A DNA stretch of 64,000 nucleotides, from assembly GCA_000091205.1 (NCBI GenBank), contig AP006493.2; one strand, written 5' to 3'. The position numbers and the translations under genes are program-made. Of this stretch, positions 1-11,300 are shown piece after piece. The notes beneath the pieces were generated by a model, which was given only the letters and a program-made list of their open reading frames with translations, did not search any database and was not told the origin of the DNA. How positions within the stretch are numbered: the first letter of the stretch is position 1; every line of letters begins with the position of its first letter. This DNA comes from Cyanidioschyzon merolae (taxonomy: Eukaryota).

Positions 1-823
1 AAGGCGGTGCCTCGGCGCAGGCGATGCACTGATCGCCCGGGCAACATCTGCCTCGAGGGCGATTTGCGCATATCTCGCAACGGCACGAGCCATTGAGAAG
101 GGCGGTGCGCGGAGCACTTGCCCCACAGCATAGGTCGATGCGCGGGTCGTTCCGCATAGACGGTAAACTGTGAAAGAAACGGAAACCTTTCCACCTAATA
201 CTGTTTGCCATGGACAGGGAGCCAAGCAGTAAACTAGTCGCTCTTCAGTGGTTAGATCCTGTTGGCTCTCTATGGTGCGCAATCGATCTCTGTCTCTGAT
301 CTGGAGCCTACGGCCGCTTCAACGCTGTCCGTCCACAAGGAATGCACCGCGACGCTTCCATGAAAGCGTCCAAGTTCCATATGCTCTGGTCTATGTATTC
401 TCCAATGAACAATGGATGGTGGAATCGGGCGACCTTCTGCACGCCGATTCTGCGGCAAACGCCTGTAGGAACACCGGACGCGTCTCTACGCTCGCCATAT
501 GAAGACCGACATTTTTTCACTGGAGCAACCTCAATGAACCTAACCAGGTCACGGATATTGGATACCATTGTCATGCCTTGAAGAACATTGACGGGAGGTT
601 TTGTCGCCTCCTGTTTTCGGTAACGGAGGTGTGCGCTTTGCGCTGCTGCGATGCAACCTCAGTACGGATGCGCGACGGATACCACAACAGCGTCCAGGAT
701 TCGGTTTCGTGCACGTCTGCAATCACTCATTTATCTGATCAAGTAAATGAAGCTCTAGGAACGTCCTTCGATCGAGACACGCGGCTCATCTTTCCAGCGT
801 GCGAGGAGAGCCGCACGGTCGAC

Positions 824-3169
824 TCAGAGACGCGGGAATCGCCAACCCGCCTTGGTCTGGCTCGTAATCTCAGTGTCTCTGTTCAGCGTGGCCTGATTAC
901 AGACCGGAAAGCCAGGAACGTGCTGCTGTGTGCTGTTTCGATCCGGAACTCGCGGAGGCGCCTGTAAAGCACTCACAACCGAGTGCGATGAGACGCGTTG
1001 CCGCTCCCCGTATTTGTGAATGTGGGCGCGGGCGTTTCGAGTTATCCAGTCAAAGGCGATCGGGGCAAGTAGCATCGGGGGTATCGAAAATGCATCCACT
1101 AGCGCGAGGGCGTTTGGTCGCAAGAGGCTGCTCAGGTACTCCACCTGCTGGTGAATGCGTTCCAGTGTGTTCGGTGCATCCGCATAAACATTCATGCGCG
1201 TCAACAGCGCTCCGTACTTATCCAGCATGTGCAGACCGTAAAGCGCACAACAGTATCCGAGAATCTGCTTGAGAGCTGGATCATCGATCTGACGGACCTC
1301 ATCACAGGCGATACGATAGGCAAGCAGGCATGTGTAAACCTTTCCTACATCGATCGCCAAATCCAGGCACATCTTGTTCCAAGCAAAGAATGGTTTCATT
1401 GAATTCTGTTTCGTAGCGTACGTGAGCCGCTCTGCGAGTCGACGCACAAGCGCATCATGCAGCCTCGCCAGCGATGCTGTGATGAACGCGGGCTCCGCCA
1501 GCTCGCGATCCGAGGTAATCGCTGGGACTGCGGGCGGTGGCGGCAGCTTCCCTGCTGCGTACGCCGCGAGCTGTGCTCGCGCTACCTGCTGAACAAGCAC
1601 AATATTCGTGCCCTCGTACGTAAGATAGACGTCAAAATCACATTTCAAGACGCCAATGCGATTCTCTGCTAGATAGCCCATACCACCGCACGACTCGCGA
1701 CATTCCTGCAGGACGTCCGACATTGTCCAGGTCGCAAACGCTTTGAGTCCAGAGCTCCACAGGTGAATCTCTTTGGGATTTGGATCCTCTAACCGATGAT
1801 GCCATCGATACTTAAGGCGGTTCGTTGCCAGCGCCAGCACGTAGGTCGTCGCCAACATGGGCAGCAAGCGCATCTGGTGCGACTGGTAATCCATGAGTAG
1901 CATCTCCTCGGGTGCGGTCTTACCATCATGTGTCTCATTTGCGGTGGCATCGGCCTCTTCGTCATCGCCAGAGGGCGCAAACGCTCGCCGGGAGAGCGCG
2001 TACCGTATCGCTATGCACAGCCCAGTTTTCATGCGATTCACAGCACCAACACTGATACTGACGCGTCCACCAGTGAGAGCCGCGAGCTGCGCAGCGAACT
2101 GCTCGTCACCAGTCTTGAAGGAAGAGCGGTACGATCCATCGGGTAGCACCTGGGAGTATCTGGCAAGCATTTGCTCGCGTGGAATGCGCACGTTGTCAAA
2201 CCAGATGCGGCCATTGTCGACCCCGTTGAGGCCTTGCTTCACGCCGACGTCGGCAATGGTAATCCCGTGGCAGACCTCGCCGGCGTCGGTGCGCAGGCGC
2301 ACCAGAAAAGGGTGGATACCACGATGGACGCCGTCCGGTGTGAGGAGTTTGGCAAACACCACTGCCCAGCGCGCAGTTTCCGCTGCACCACCAATCCAAT
2401 ATTTTTGTGCCGTCTCCGTCGGTGTATGGATGATAAATTCCCCGCGACCTGGGTCGTAGGTTGCCAGGGTCTCAATGCCACGAACATTGGACCCATGCCC
2501 AAGCTCCGTTAACGCAAAGCAGCCCAGCATGCGCGCGTCCTCGATGTCTTGCAGCCAGCGCCGGCATTGCTGCTCGTCACCGAGCAGCGCCACGCTACTA
2601 CCAAACAGACCGTAGTGAACGCCCATTTTCACTTCCAGGGAATGATCAACGTAGCCGCACGACTCCATTACTGCGTCGTATCGGCCTCTCGCTTCCGGCG
2701 AGTAGTTCAGTGTTCCCTTCAGGAGCTGGGCTTCGCGAATAACTGCCCAACGCGCCATAACCAGTTCGCGCTCCTCGGGAACCGTTAGACCGTAGCGAGG
2801 TGTGAACAAGTCCGCATGTTGTTCAAACATTGCATATATGCGGTCCCGAAACGCAATGTCGTGAGCGTCCAGGAGGGCGCGCATACGCTGTCGACAGAAA
2901 GTAAGCTGCAGCGGTACACCTGGGGTACCCGGCGCTTCCGCAGGCGAACGACACAGACGAAACGTTGCCGATTTCTCGCTATCCATCTCTTGCAGAGCGT
3001 CGCTTCTCGCGGGATTTCGAGGCATCTGCCGAACCCCAGCGAACGCTTGAACGACACCGGTGGCGGCTGCTTCACGCACAGCTCCGCCAGTCACCCTGAC
3101 GCTGTTGCGCGCATCGTCCGTCGAGATCGGTAAATGTTTTTCCATGTTGTCGAGATTAGAGTTTCTCAA
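824..3169 (-). CDS. ACOX: Acyl-CoA oxidase (peroxisomal ACOX family), 781 aa, uninterrupted
   Basis: Translation contains the acyl-CoA dehydrogenase/oxidase core '...CGGMGYLAENRIGVLKCDFDVYLTYEGTNIVLVQQVARAQL...' and the FAD-fold region 'FALTELGHGSNVRGIETLATYD'. This is a single 2.3-kb ORF. The start could be a downstream Met such as MEKHLP. Confidence 0.85.
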   Translation of the reverse strand: MRNSNLDNMEKHLPISTDDARNSVRVTGGAVREAAATGVVQAFAGVRQMPRNPARSDALQEMDSEKSATFRLCRSPAEAPGTPGVPLQLTFCRQRMRALLDAHDIAFRDRIYAMFEQHADLFTPRYGLTVPEERELVMARWAVIREAQLLKGTLNYSPEARGRYDAVMESCGYVDHSLEVKMGVHYGLFGSSVALLGDEQQCRRWLQDIEDARMLGCFALTELGHGSNVRGIETLATYDPGRGEFIIHTPTETAQKYWIGGAAETARWAVVFAKLLTPDGVHRGIHPFLVRLRTDAGEVCHGITIADVGVKQGLNGVDNGRIWFDNVRIPREQMLARYSQVLPDGSYRSSFKTGDEQFAAQLAALTGGRVSISVGAVNRMKTGLCIAIRYALSRRAFAPSGDDEEADATANETHDGKTAPEEMLLMDYQSHQMRLLPMLATTYVLALATNRLKYRWHHRLEDPNPKEIHLWSSGLKAFATWTMSDVLQECRESCGGMGYLAENRIGVLKCDFDVYLTYEGTNIVLVQQVARAQLAAYAAGKLPPPPAVPAITSDRELAEPAFITASLARLHDALVRRLAERLTYATKQNSMKPFFAWNKMCLDLAIDVGKVYTCLLAYRIACDEVRQIDDPALKQILGYCCALYGLHMLDKYGALLTRMNVYADAPNTLERIHQQVEYLSSLLRPNALALVDAFSIPPMLLAPIAFDWITRNARAHIHKYGERQRVSSHSVVSALQAPPRVPDRNSTQQHVPGFPVCNQATLNRDTEITSQTKAGWRFPRL

Positions 3170-5255
3170 AACAAGACGGTTTCTTTTGAGTCCTTGTTTC
3201 TAAGGAAGCAGCCCCAAGTCACAGCCACAATGCCCCTAATACCGCTGAACGTTATCGAGGGTGTGTGTGTGTCGCGCTCGACAACGTATCCTTCTGGAGC
3301 GAGGCGGAGATTGCCGTGATCGCGATACCGGGGTGTGCATCCGCAGGACGCGAATTCGGATAATACATAAGTGTCTCAAATCAACTAGTTTTGGGCTTTG
3401 AATGGTATGCCTGGCATATCCGAGTCTGTGTCCGCCACCTGGCCCTGTAGAGGATCGGGGATTTGATTCCGGTGATTTCTGCACAGGCAGCAAGATGGCC
3501 CATGCTGCAGTCTGCCTGCGTTCGGGTCCCTCCAGGCAGGCATTCTTTCATCTGCACTATAGGTTGCACAAGCGATTCAACGCGAGCAGAGCGACGCGCG
3601 GGCTGCAGCAGAAACTGCTCTATCTGGAGCCTTTCGTGACACACCCCAGTCCCGGTGGCTGCGGGGTTTTCGCGAACAGCGCCGTTGCCTACCACAAAGA
3701 AATTCAGTTTTGAGTGCTTAAACTTTCTAGACGCAGATGCACGACAATGCTCGTGGAGAATCCTGGATAAAAGGTGTCGAGGTGATCGAACGGCGCGCGC
3801 GCCAGGCGGCAGCTCCTCGCCGGCATCCGTGCGTACGCGCACGTGTACGGATACAGGCGCTCGCTGTGCTGCCAACGCTCCGGTCAAGCGTAGTGTCGAC
3901 GAAGGATTAGATTTCGGAGGAGATCAGTCTTCCAGAGAATCAAGACGCACTTTCGTAACGACTGAAAAATCAGCTCGATTTCTGCTGCTTACAGTGCAGA
4001 ACGCGGAGGCGATCTACGGCACCGATGGCTTCTAAAAACGGGATATGGGGCGCATGAATACTATTTCTGGTACAAACGGCACTGTTCCTGATTTTACGTC
4101 CATGCGTGAATCCCGGGACTCGCAGCTACGCGGCACCGGACAATGCGAACGTCGACGATGTCCGCGTGTGCGTGCGCGTGCCGGTGAACTCAGTTCTAAC
4201 ACTGCTTTGTTGTTCGTCGTGCACACTGGTGTTCAGAAAAGCTTCCGTTGCAGTTTGATCGTTTTCATAACGCTCCTCGCAGAGACATCCTCCAGTCGGG
4301 CAATGCCAAGGAGCGCTGAGCAAGCTCACATATCGAAACAAATGGGGATTCATTTGCTTTCTGATCTAGGCCACGGAAGCGCGCTCTTGACGACACAGAT
4401 GCGGCCGCCGTATCTAAGCATCGGTCTGGTCTCCGGAACAGCCTCCTTTGCTGTATGCATCACGAATGCCATACGCTGTACCCTGACGAGGCGGAATGCA
4501 TATTCCGTTCGATTTTTGCGCGATGTAGCCACACGTAACTGCAACGCCACGCAAATGCTCACGAGAAAGAGCGCTCTCAGCAACCGTGACAACGTACCGT
4601 TCGCAAGACTCTGGAAAACCACCGGAACAGCGTATCACAGCAGCCCAATTTAGGATCAAACAGCGGACAGAGTTCCGTTGCAGACCACGATAAGGTGCTC
4701 TGTGACTTTGGCAAACACTCCGCGGTTCTTTCTCTGCTGTGACTCTGAGTATGAGACAAGTGCAATCGCAGCATATGGGTACCGAGGTTGCTAGTCTTGC
4801 TGGCGGCGTCGCGCGCGTTCAGTCTCTTGTCACCAGTGTACTGCACTTTTATCTAAGCTTGAGTGCTCAGGTTTCTCAGAGAGCTGCATTTCGTTCGTCC
4901 CGCCGTTCTCACTGACTCGATACCCTATTCCATATAGTTAGAGCCGCAAAATCCCCCAGTGTCGACATTTTTGCCTGAACGGCTCTGAAAGACCTCACCA
5001 CGTGCAACGAAAAAGCACCGCGCTTTCGATGTATGGATACGTGGGCAATCGTTTGCTGCCCGCACGATTGCGCTACAGTGCGTGCTGCCACCCGAACAGC
5101 TCCACAACAGCGTCGCGCGAGATCGCCGAGCGCACGGCAGCGGGTAGCGTGCGCGTCCACGCGATCATCTCAATGTCCGGTATGTACATGAAAGGATAGC
5201 ATCCAAATCATGACGTCATGCGATTCAACGGAAATGGACGCGCTCCAGCGATGAG

Positions 5256-7076
5256 ATGATACCAACGACGGCGGCGAGTCCGTTGAGCCACGACCATCTG
5301 CTGTGTACCGCCGCCGTCTATCGTGCAAATAGACGCATCTGCAGCGCACCCTCATCGACGTCGTACCAACGCAGGTTCTGCAGCACCGTAGCACAAACGA
5401 GCTCGTATCCGCTCTACGGTCACAAGGCCGAAACTCTGAGCGCTATTCTTAGCGAGCCGAGTTTTTTGTTGCTGCGCGGCCTCCGGGAGCTTCACGCACA
5501 CATGCCGAGCGCGAGTGGAGAACGTTTGGACGTGTCGAACGACGCGTTGCAACGCTTGTCCACGTCGAGCTTCTCCACTGTCTCCGTAGACTCTGCTGAA
5601 AGGCTCTCTGCGGAGCAGTTCAAAGCCATCAAGGAGCCGCTCGCTGCCAGGGCAAGAGTTGAGACTCGCGAAATGTCGGGTGTTCCAATACCCAAAACAA
5701 ACAAAAGTCGTGCGAGCGCTGAAGGCACGTCCTTGGGTTCTTCGCTGCGGCGTGCGGCTTCGCGTCTGTTCCAGCCACTGCGGCGCAGTGAGTCGGGACG
5801 CAGTCTTTCGAGTCGCCTGAGAGGGCGAGATTCAGTTGCCGATTCTGCGGCTTCGCGGAGGCGACTGCTCCCTTTCTCGCAGGTTTACGCCCATGGTGTC
5901 GTCGAGGAGCAGGGCCGGCGACCAACCATGGAAGATCGGTGTTGCACGCTAGTCATTGGCGACGGGGCGGATGCGATCGGCATATTCGGCGTTTTCGATG
6001 GCCACGGTGGAAAACTTGCAAGCAACTATTGTCACGATCATTTTCTCGAGCGATTACTGGCACATGATGCTTTTATAACGGACACGGAACGAGCCCTCAC
6101 TGAGACTTGTCATCTTATTGACCAGGAAATTCTCGCGGAATCCGTGCGGAAGCGGACGTACGCGGGTACAACCGTTGCACTTGCAGTACTGAAAGACGGG
6201 AAAATATACTGCTGCAATGTTGGCGACTCGCGAACCGTGCTCTGCGCTGCAGGCGGTGTCGCGGTACCGCTCAGCGTGGACCACAGTCCCATGGTGCCCC
6301 AGGAGGTACGCCGCATCAAGGCCGCCGGCGGCTTTATCAATTCCCGCGGTGTCAACGGGTACATATCACTGACGAGGGCGCTCGGTGATCTGGATCTCAA
6401 GGCGCACGCTCGCCGACTCTTCCCACATTTGGATATTACTGGAAATCTTCTGATTCCCGACCCGGATATCACAATCCGTGAGCTTCATCCTCAAGACGAG
6501 TTCCTTATCGTAGCATGTGATGGGGTGTGGTGTCGCCTCACGAACGAGGAAGCTGTTCGAATCACACGAGCGGCGCTACGTCGCTACGGCGGTGATCCGC
6601 AAGCAGCGGCGACAACGCTGGTGCACGCCGCGCTTGCTGCCGGCTCCGGCGATAACGTCACCGTCATTGTGATTGTCTTGTCGCGACCCGACCTCATGCG
6701 CGACGTCACGGTGCACGGTGGAAGAGCGTTTCAGCACCTCAGCTCTATGGCTCTGAACGAAACAACGTCCTCATCTGCGTCGACCGGCGAGCATGATCCG
6801 GAAATGCCCTCGCGAGATTCGAGCCAATCGAATCTCTCACTGGCTTCCGAGGATAATTCTCTGTATAATGAACAAGAGGACGTTTCCGCATATACCACGG
6901 AACTGGGTCCTACTGGGCTCGGTGGGGAACCCGCGGAAGTCGTCCTTGGCGACGCACCCGAGGAGCAGTTGAACACCCTGTCCCTTGGGGATCACATGCG
7001 AGCCGCAAGCGCCGACGATCAAGACCGCCAGCGCTCTACGTCGAAATTCGGCCTGTTTCAGCGCAGACCTCGGTAG
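5256..7076 (+). CDS. Protein phosphatase 2C (PPM family) with a long low-complexity N-terminal extension
   Basis: PP2C motifs 'RRPTMEDR', 'FGVFDGHGG', 'GDSR', 'ACDGVW' and 'GSGDNVTVIVI' occur in a 606-aa ORF. The catalytic domain begins near residue 205, and the true start may be a downstream Met. Confidence 0.85.
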   Translation: MIPTTAASPLSHDHLLCTAAVYRANRRICSAPSSTSYQRRFCSTVAQTSSYPLYGHKAETLSAILSEPSFLLLRGLRELHAHMPSASGERLDVSNDALQRLSTSSFSTVSVDSAERLSAEQFKAIKEPLAARARVETREMSGVPIPKTNKSRASAEGTSLGSSLRRAASRLFQPLRRSESGRSLSSRLRGRDSVADSAASRRRLLPFSQVYAHGVVEEQGRRPTMEDRCCTLVIGDGADAIGIFGVFDGHGGKLASNYCHDHFLERLLAHDAFITDTERALTETCHLIDQEILAESVRKRTYAGTTVALAVLKDGKIYCCNVGDSRTVLCAAGGVAVPLSVDHSPMVPQEVRRIKAAGGFINSRGVNGYISLTRALGDLDLKAHARRLFPHLDITGNLLIPDPDITIRELHPQDEFLIVACDGVWCRLTNEEAVRITRAALRRYGGDPQAAATTLVHAALAAGSGDNVTVIVIVLSRPDLMRDVTVHGGRAFQHLSSMALNETTSSSASTGEHDPEMPSRDSSQSNLSLASEDNSLYNEQEDVSAYTTELGPTGLGGEPAEVVLGDAPEEQLNTLSLGDHMRAASADDQDRQRSTSKFGLFQRRPR

Positions 7077-7294
7077 TGCTGCCGAAAAGCCTCTGAGGAG
7101 CCAGCGTTCTGAAATACCTTTTGGGCTACGAGGTGCCGGCGGCTGCTCGCCGGCTCGCAACCAACGGTTCACCATGAGTTCACGCTTCGAAGACATAATC
7201 TTATGCCTTGTAAACTGTATCTGCTGAGAATCGGTCGAGCTACAAGGCCCTCGGATGCGGCCAACGGTTTGCTTGGAATACAGACCAACCAGAG

Positions 7295-7325
7295 TCAGCC
7301 AGCCAGTCAGCCAGCCAGCCAGCTA
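7295..7325. repeat. (CCAG)n-like microsatellite
   Basis: 'agccagccagtcagccagccagccagctagcag' lies in the PP2C/RPS12 convergent intergenic region. Confidence 0.85.
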
Positions 7326-7509
7326 GCAGAGCGAGCATCGCGCACCCTTCACTGCTGTTCGTGTGCTCGCTTTCGCTGTATACGGTGTTGGACTCGTGCA
7401 ATCCAAACAGACAAGCGGCTTTGCGCGACAGCGAAGCCTGCATGCATGGAGACTGGAAACTGGAAACTGGTCAATGCGCTATGCGGTACATGCATCGTCA
7501 GCTTTAAAA

Positions 7510-7953
7510 TCATGACTGCTCTTTCAGGTAGTTTTCCAAAAAGGTAAGTCCTTTGCTCGGCTCACCAAAGTCCTTCACAACGACACAGGAACACGACACG
7601 ACTTTCCGCGGCGTTCCGTCAGCGTCCAGCTTGCAGAGGCCGGCCCACTCGCCGAGTTCCTTTCCATCGGGAACACAGATGAGGTTGATCCCGTGTTCAG
7701 CACAGAGTGCTTGCACGAGCTTTACCATCGCAGGCTCGTCGCAGCTCATTGCCAAAACACATAAACGTGCTTTGCGGCTATCCAACGCACGCACAGACTC
7801 GCGCAGACCGCGAGACAGACCACCGTGAGCAAGCGCTTTTCGCAGCACGATCCGCAGTGCGGTGTTCACGTCCGTGACTTCCTCCTCGGGAACCACTACC
7901 GGTAGTGCGGGCACACTAGGCGCTTCTGGAACAGACTCTGCGACTTCCGTCAT
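7510..7953 (-). CDS. RPS12: 40S ribosomal protein S12 (eS12), 147 aa
   Basis: '[104 protein letters not shown]' aligns end-to-end with eukaryotic RPS12. The start is placed at internal Met MTEVAESV (CAT at 7951-7953). The listed ORF runs further upstream to 8283, but that stretch is non-conserved. Confidence 0.9.
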   Translation of the reverse strand: MTEVAESVPEAPSVPALPVVVPEEEVTDVNTALRIVLRKALAHGGLSRGLRESVRALDSRKARLCVLAMSCDEPAMVKLVQALCAEHGINLICVPDGKELGEWAGLCKLDADGTPRKVVSCSCVVVKDFGEPSKGLTFLENYLKEQS

Positions 7954-8362
7954 GATTGAAGTTGTGCAGGCGTCGAAACGAGTCCTCGACGACACCAGGT
8001 CGCCTCCGTTGCGTTGACACAGCTCCTGAAGAAGTAGCAAGTACCTGGTGGCAAGTGGCGGCCGCGGCGAGCAGCGCCCAGAGGGCTGTTGCACGATGCT
8101 ATACTGTATTATATCTTTAGGAATATAAATATATATAAAGGACAAGCGTATGGGAGCGCCTAAGGACGCTCGAGTCCTCACAACCGCTCTCCATTTCATT
8201 ACTTGTCCAGCGTCGACGAAGGAGCTACTAAGGACCTCCTGCAGACCTTCTGCATACCTGGTGGGGTCTACTGCATGCGACATCCATGGTGCAGCGCGCT
8301 GGACGCCCTGATCCTGATCCTTTCGAGTTCAACGCGCTGGTACCCGTGTAGATTCGTCGCCC

Positions 8363-11300
8363 ATGCTCCCCGAACGCGACCCGACTCGTCTCGTTTCGTT
8401 GCACACTCGGGTCGCAGAAGCGCAGCGCTTAGCTCGGTCTTGGTTCCAGGAGGTGTCGGGAAGCCAGAGATATGGCCAGCAACGCGCTGTCTCGGGCGCA
8501 ACCGCGGTACGTGTTCACTCGAATGAACCAATACCAGAACAAGTGCAGCGGCTGTTGACGCAGGGTAGCCTGCGGGAGATCGACGTCGTCCTTGAAACGC
8601 TGCTTTCGGAGTGGGCGCGCGCGTCTGAGCAAACCTGCACTTCCATAGCACGTGCTTTGCGCAGCTGTCTGCCTCAAGTGCGAAATGGAGCCGAGTGTTT
8701 CGTAGCGCGCTTTGCTTGGCGACTAGTGGCGCTCGATGAAACGAGTGCTCGCGTCTTGTTGCTCGCAGCCGCTCACAGCGACCGAGAGGAACTGGCTTGT
8801 GCTGTCGCTGCACTTGCAGATCGCGCGTATCTGGAACGCTCCGCGGTAGCGCTGCCAGCGATGCCTGAATATGAACTTGTCAGGCAAACTACCAACATCG
8901 CCGTAGCGTACTTGCAAGCGGTTATGACCCCGAGTACGGCTTCGCGAGCGCGGAGAATCTTCCTCCGCTATGCACTGCCCAGCAACCTTGCACAGGCAGC
9001 GCTGTACCTCCTGCTTCAGTATCGAGGAGATCAATTTCCATCTGAAGAGTTCAGTCTGATTTTGGAAAGATTTCCTCAACCCGACGTTTCTATGCTGTTG
9101 TGGTATCTGGTTCGCATGGAGGCCTTCCTGTCTGGGACAGCATCAGTGCCTGATCCCAGCGTTATCGCCGGTGTGGGCCAGACTCGGTCGATGCTATCGA
9201 GGAGGGATGCTTTTCGGGAGCATCGGGACTCTGCGGCAGTGCTCCTTCTGCTGCACGACTGGCATGCACTTGAGCGCTATGGGTCCGTCTGGTTTTCTTC
9301 GATGGGACCCAGCAAAGAGCAACTGAACGATCTCTACGATTGGAAGCGAGTCGATGTGCGACTCTTCTGGACGGTCCGTATACTGGGTTCTTCGACAAAC
9401 AGCGAGCACTTGTCGCATGTCGCGGATCTATCGGATGCACTCGAAGCACTTCTAGAGCGAACCCAAAGTCTTTTTCCGCGAACGCGTGCCCTCTGCCAGA
9501 CGATTGGGCATGTGCTTGCACTTGAGTCAAATCTGGAGAAGCTCGCCGAATGGCTGTGGAGCCAAGAATCCGAACGCATTCCACTGCCGTTGTTTGTCAG
9601 CTACTTGTTCGCTGTACACCAGCCACAGGTGCAGGGTGCGGTTATTCTGAAGCTGGCGCACAGGAATCGCCTGTCGCATGGCAAAACGCAGTACCCCATC
9701 GAGGTTCTTTATGTTGTGATAGCGGCGTTACTTGTAACGTTGCGTACCGGAGAACTCGTCACCGGTCTGAACATTTGTCTCTTCATTGACTGCATGCAGA
9801 GCTTCGTGCAGAACAATGAGGTATTCCTGAAAACGTTTCTGCCCTGTATTCAGCTGGTATTCGGTGAAGCGCTGCGCGAAGCGCGTGAGCAGCACCGACT
9901 AGCCTGGGAGCGGCTATGGGTCACGATTCTCGGGCGACTCGCGCTTCGTCTGCCTCGAGCGCAGCGTCTTCTCGAACAGGGGCTATCAAGGGCTCTCAAC
10001 AGAGACCACCAATATGCAACCTCAGTATTATCGCTTTACATGAAAAGCGTGAGAGATCTCTGCTCGTCTGTGCCTGCTCGCGGCATGCAGTTGCTCGCTT
10101 TGATCCAGGCAGTGGTGCTCCGCATGCGCGAGACAAACGCGGGACACGACGCTATAGCCTATGCACTTGAAGCGCTCGATCATCTGGTTCAGGCTCAACT
10201 GATGGATCCGGCGAAAACGCTTCGATTTCTGCTTCAACAAATGCCACTTTCCGCATATAAGAGCAATAGATGGCCAGCGTTGTTAGCGAATGCCTGGTTC
10301 GGCTTGCTGACGAGCATCCTCAGAGAGTATCCGTGGCAGCCAACCCGGCGCGCCCATCGACTCCTTCGGGTGCTTCTCTGGCTGTTGCACGATTGCGAGT
10401 CGGACCCGAGAGCTGCCCTAGCGCTCACCCGCCTCGGTTATCGAGTCTGGTATGCAGCGCAGTGGTGGGAGCACCAGCAGGCACCGCGCCACACGGCAGG
10501 CGCCCTGCCCAGCAATGACGCAGACCTGTCGGGCGAGGCGGAGCTACTGGAATCCCTGCCTCACCTGATGCCGAATGATCAGTGGACACCACGCTCCATC
10601 GAGCGGCTCGCTCGTTACATCCAGTTTGCCGTAGACCCGGCGCTGACGGAGCAGGTGCCGCTGCTCCCCGTCCTGGAAGCGTCTGACGCATTCTACGGCC
10701 TTGCCCGCATGTTGATCCACGGGGCATGGGCGCATCGTTCTCGAGCCGCGTACCACGCCCGACGCCTGCGTCTGGGTCGCTCCCGTGACTCGCAGGCGTA
10801 CCTGCAGCGGGAGCTGACCTCTCTGCGCGAGTACGCTGACAGTCTGCCGACGCTGAGTCCTATCCGACTCGTCATGAACCTGGTTCTGGATATGGAGCAA
10901 AACGCGCCCCTGGCGCTGGTCAGCGCCCAGCTCATGGCTACTTGTGGCGCAACGCTTCGCTCGGGCCTCTCCTACGAAGCTCTCTACGCGATGTGCGGTG
11001 CCTCTGGGAACACCAGCGAGTCAGGCGGTGCTGCACGCCTCGCCCGCCTGCTGTGCGTATGGCTCCTGGCCCCGTCATCGAACAGCTCCGAGACGCCCTC
11101 GGAATCCTTCTGGAGACTGCTGGATTTTGACCTCCGACCTTACCAAATCGTCTTGCAACCAGACGAAGACGCGCTTCTTGAGCAAATGCTCAGACGCTTC
11201 TGGATGGCGCCTCTATGGAGCTGCGTTTCCCAGGGCGTTGAAGGAGCAACTGGTGCCGCTACGGCCGCTGCACCTACGGATCCTGCGGATGACCTTCTCG

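Noticed and set aside
3381-4653. ORFs of 168 aa (-) and 202 aa (+) in the ~2-kb ACOX/PP2C divergent intergenic region.
   Set aside because: No recognisable motifs, low-complexity composition and mutually overlapping frames. A small real gene cannot be excluded, but nothing in the sequence supports one.
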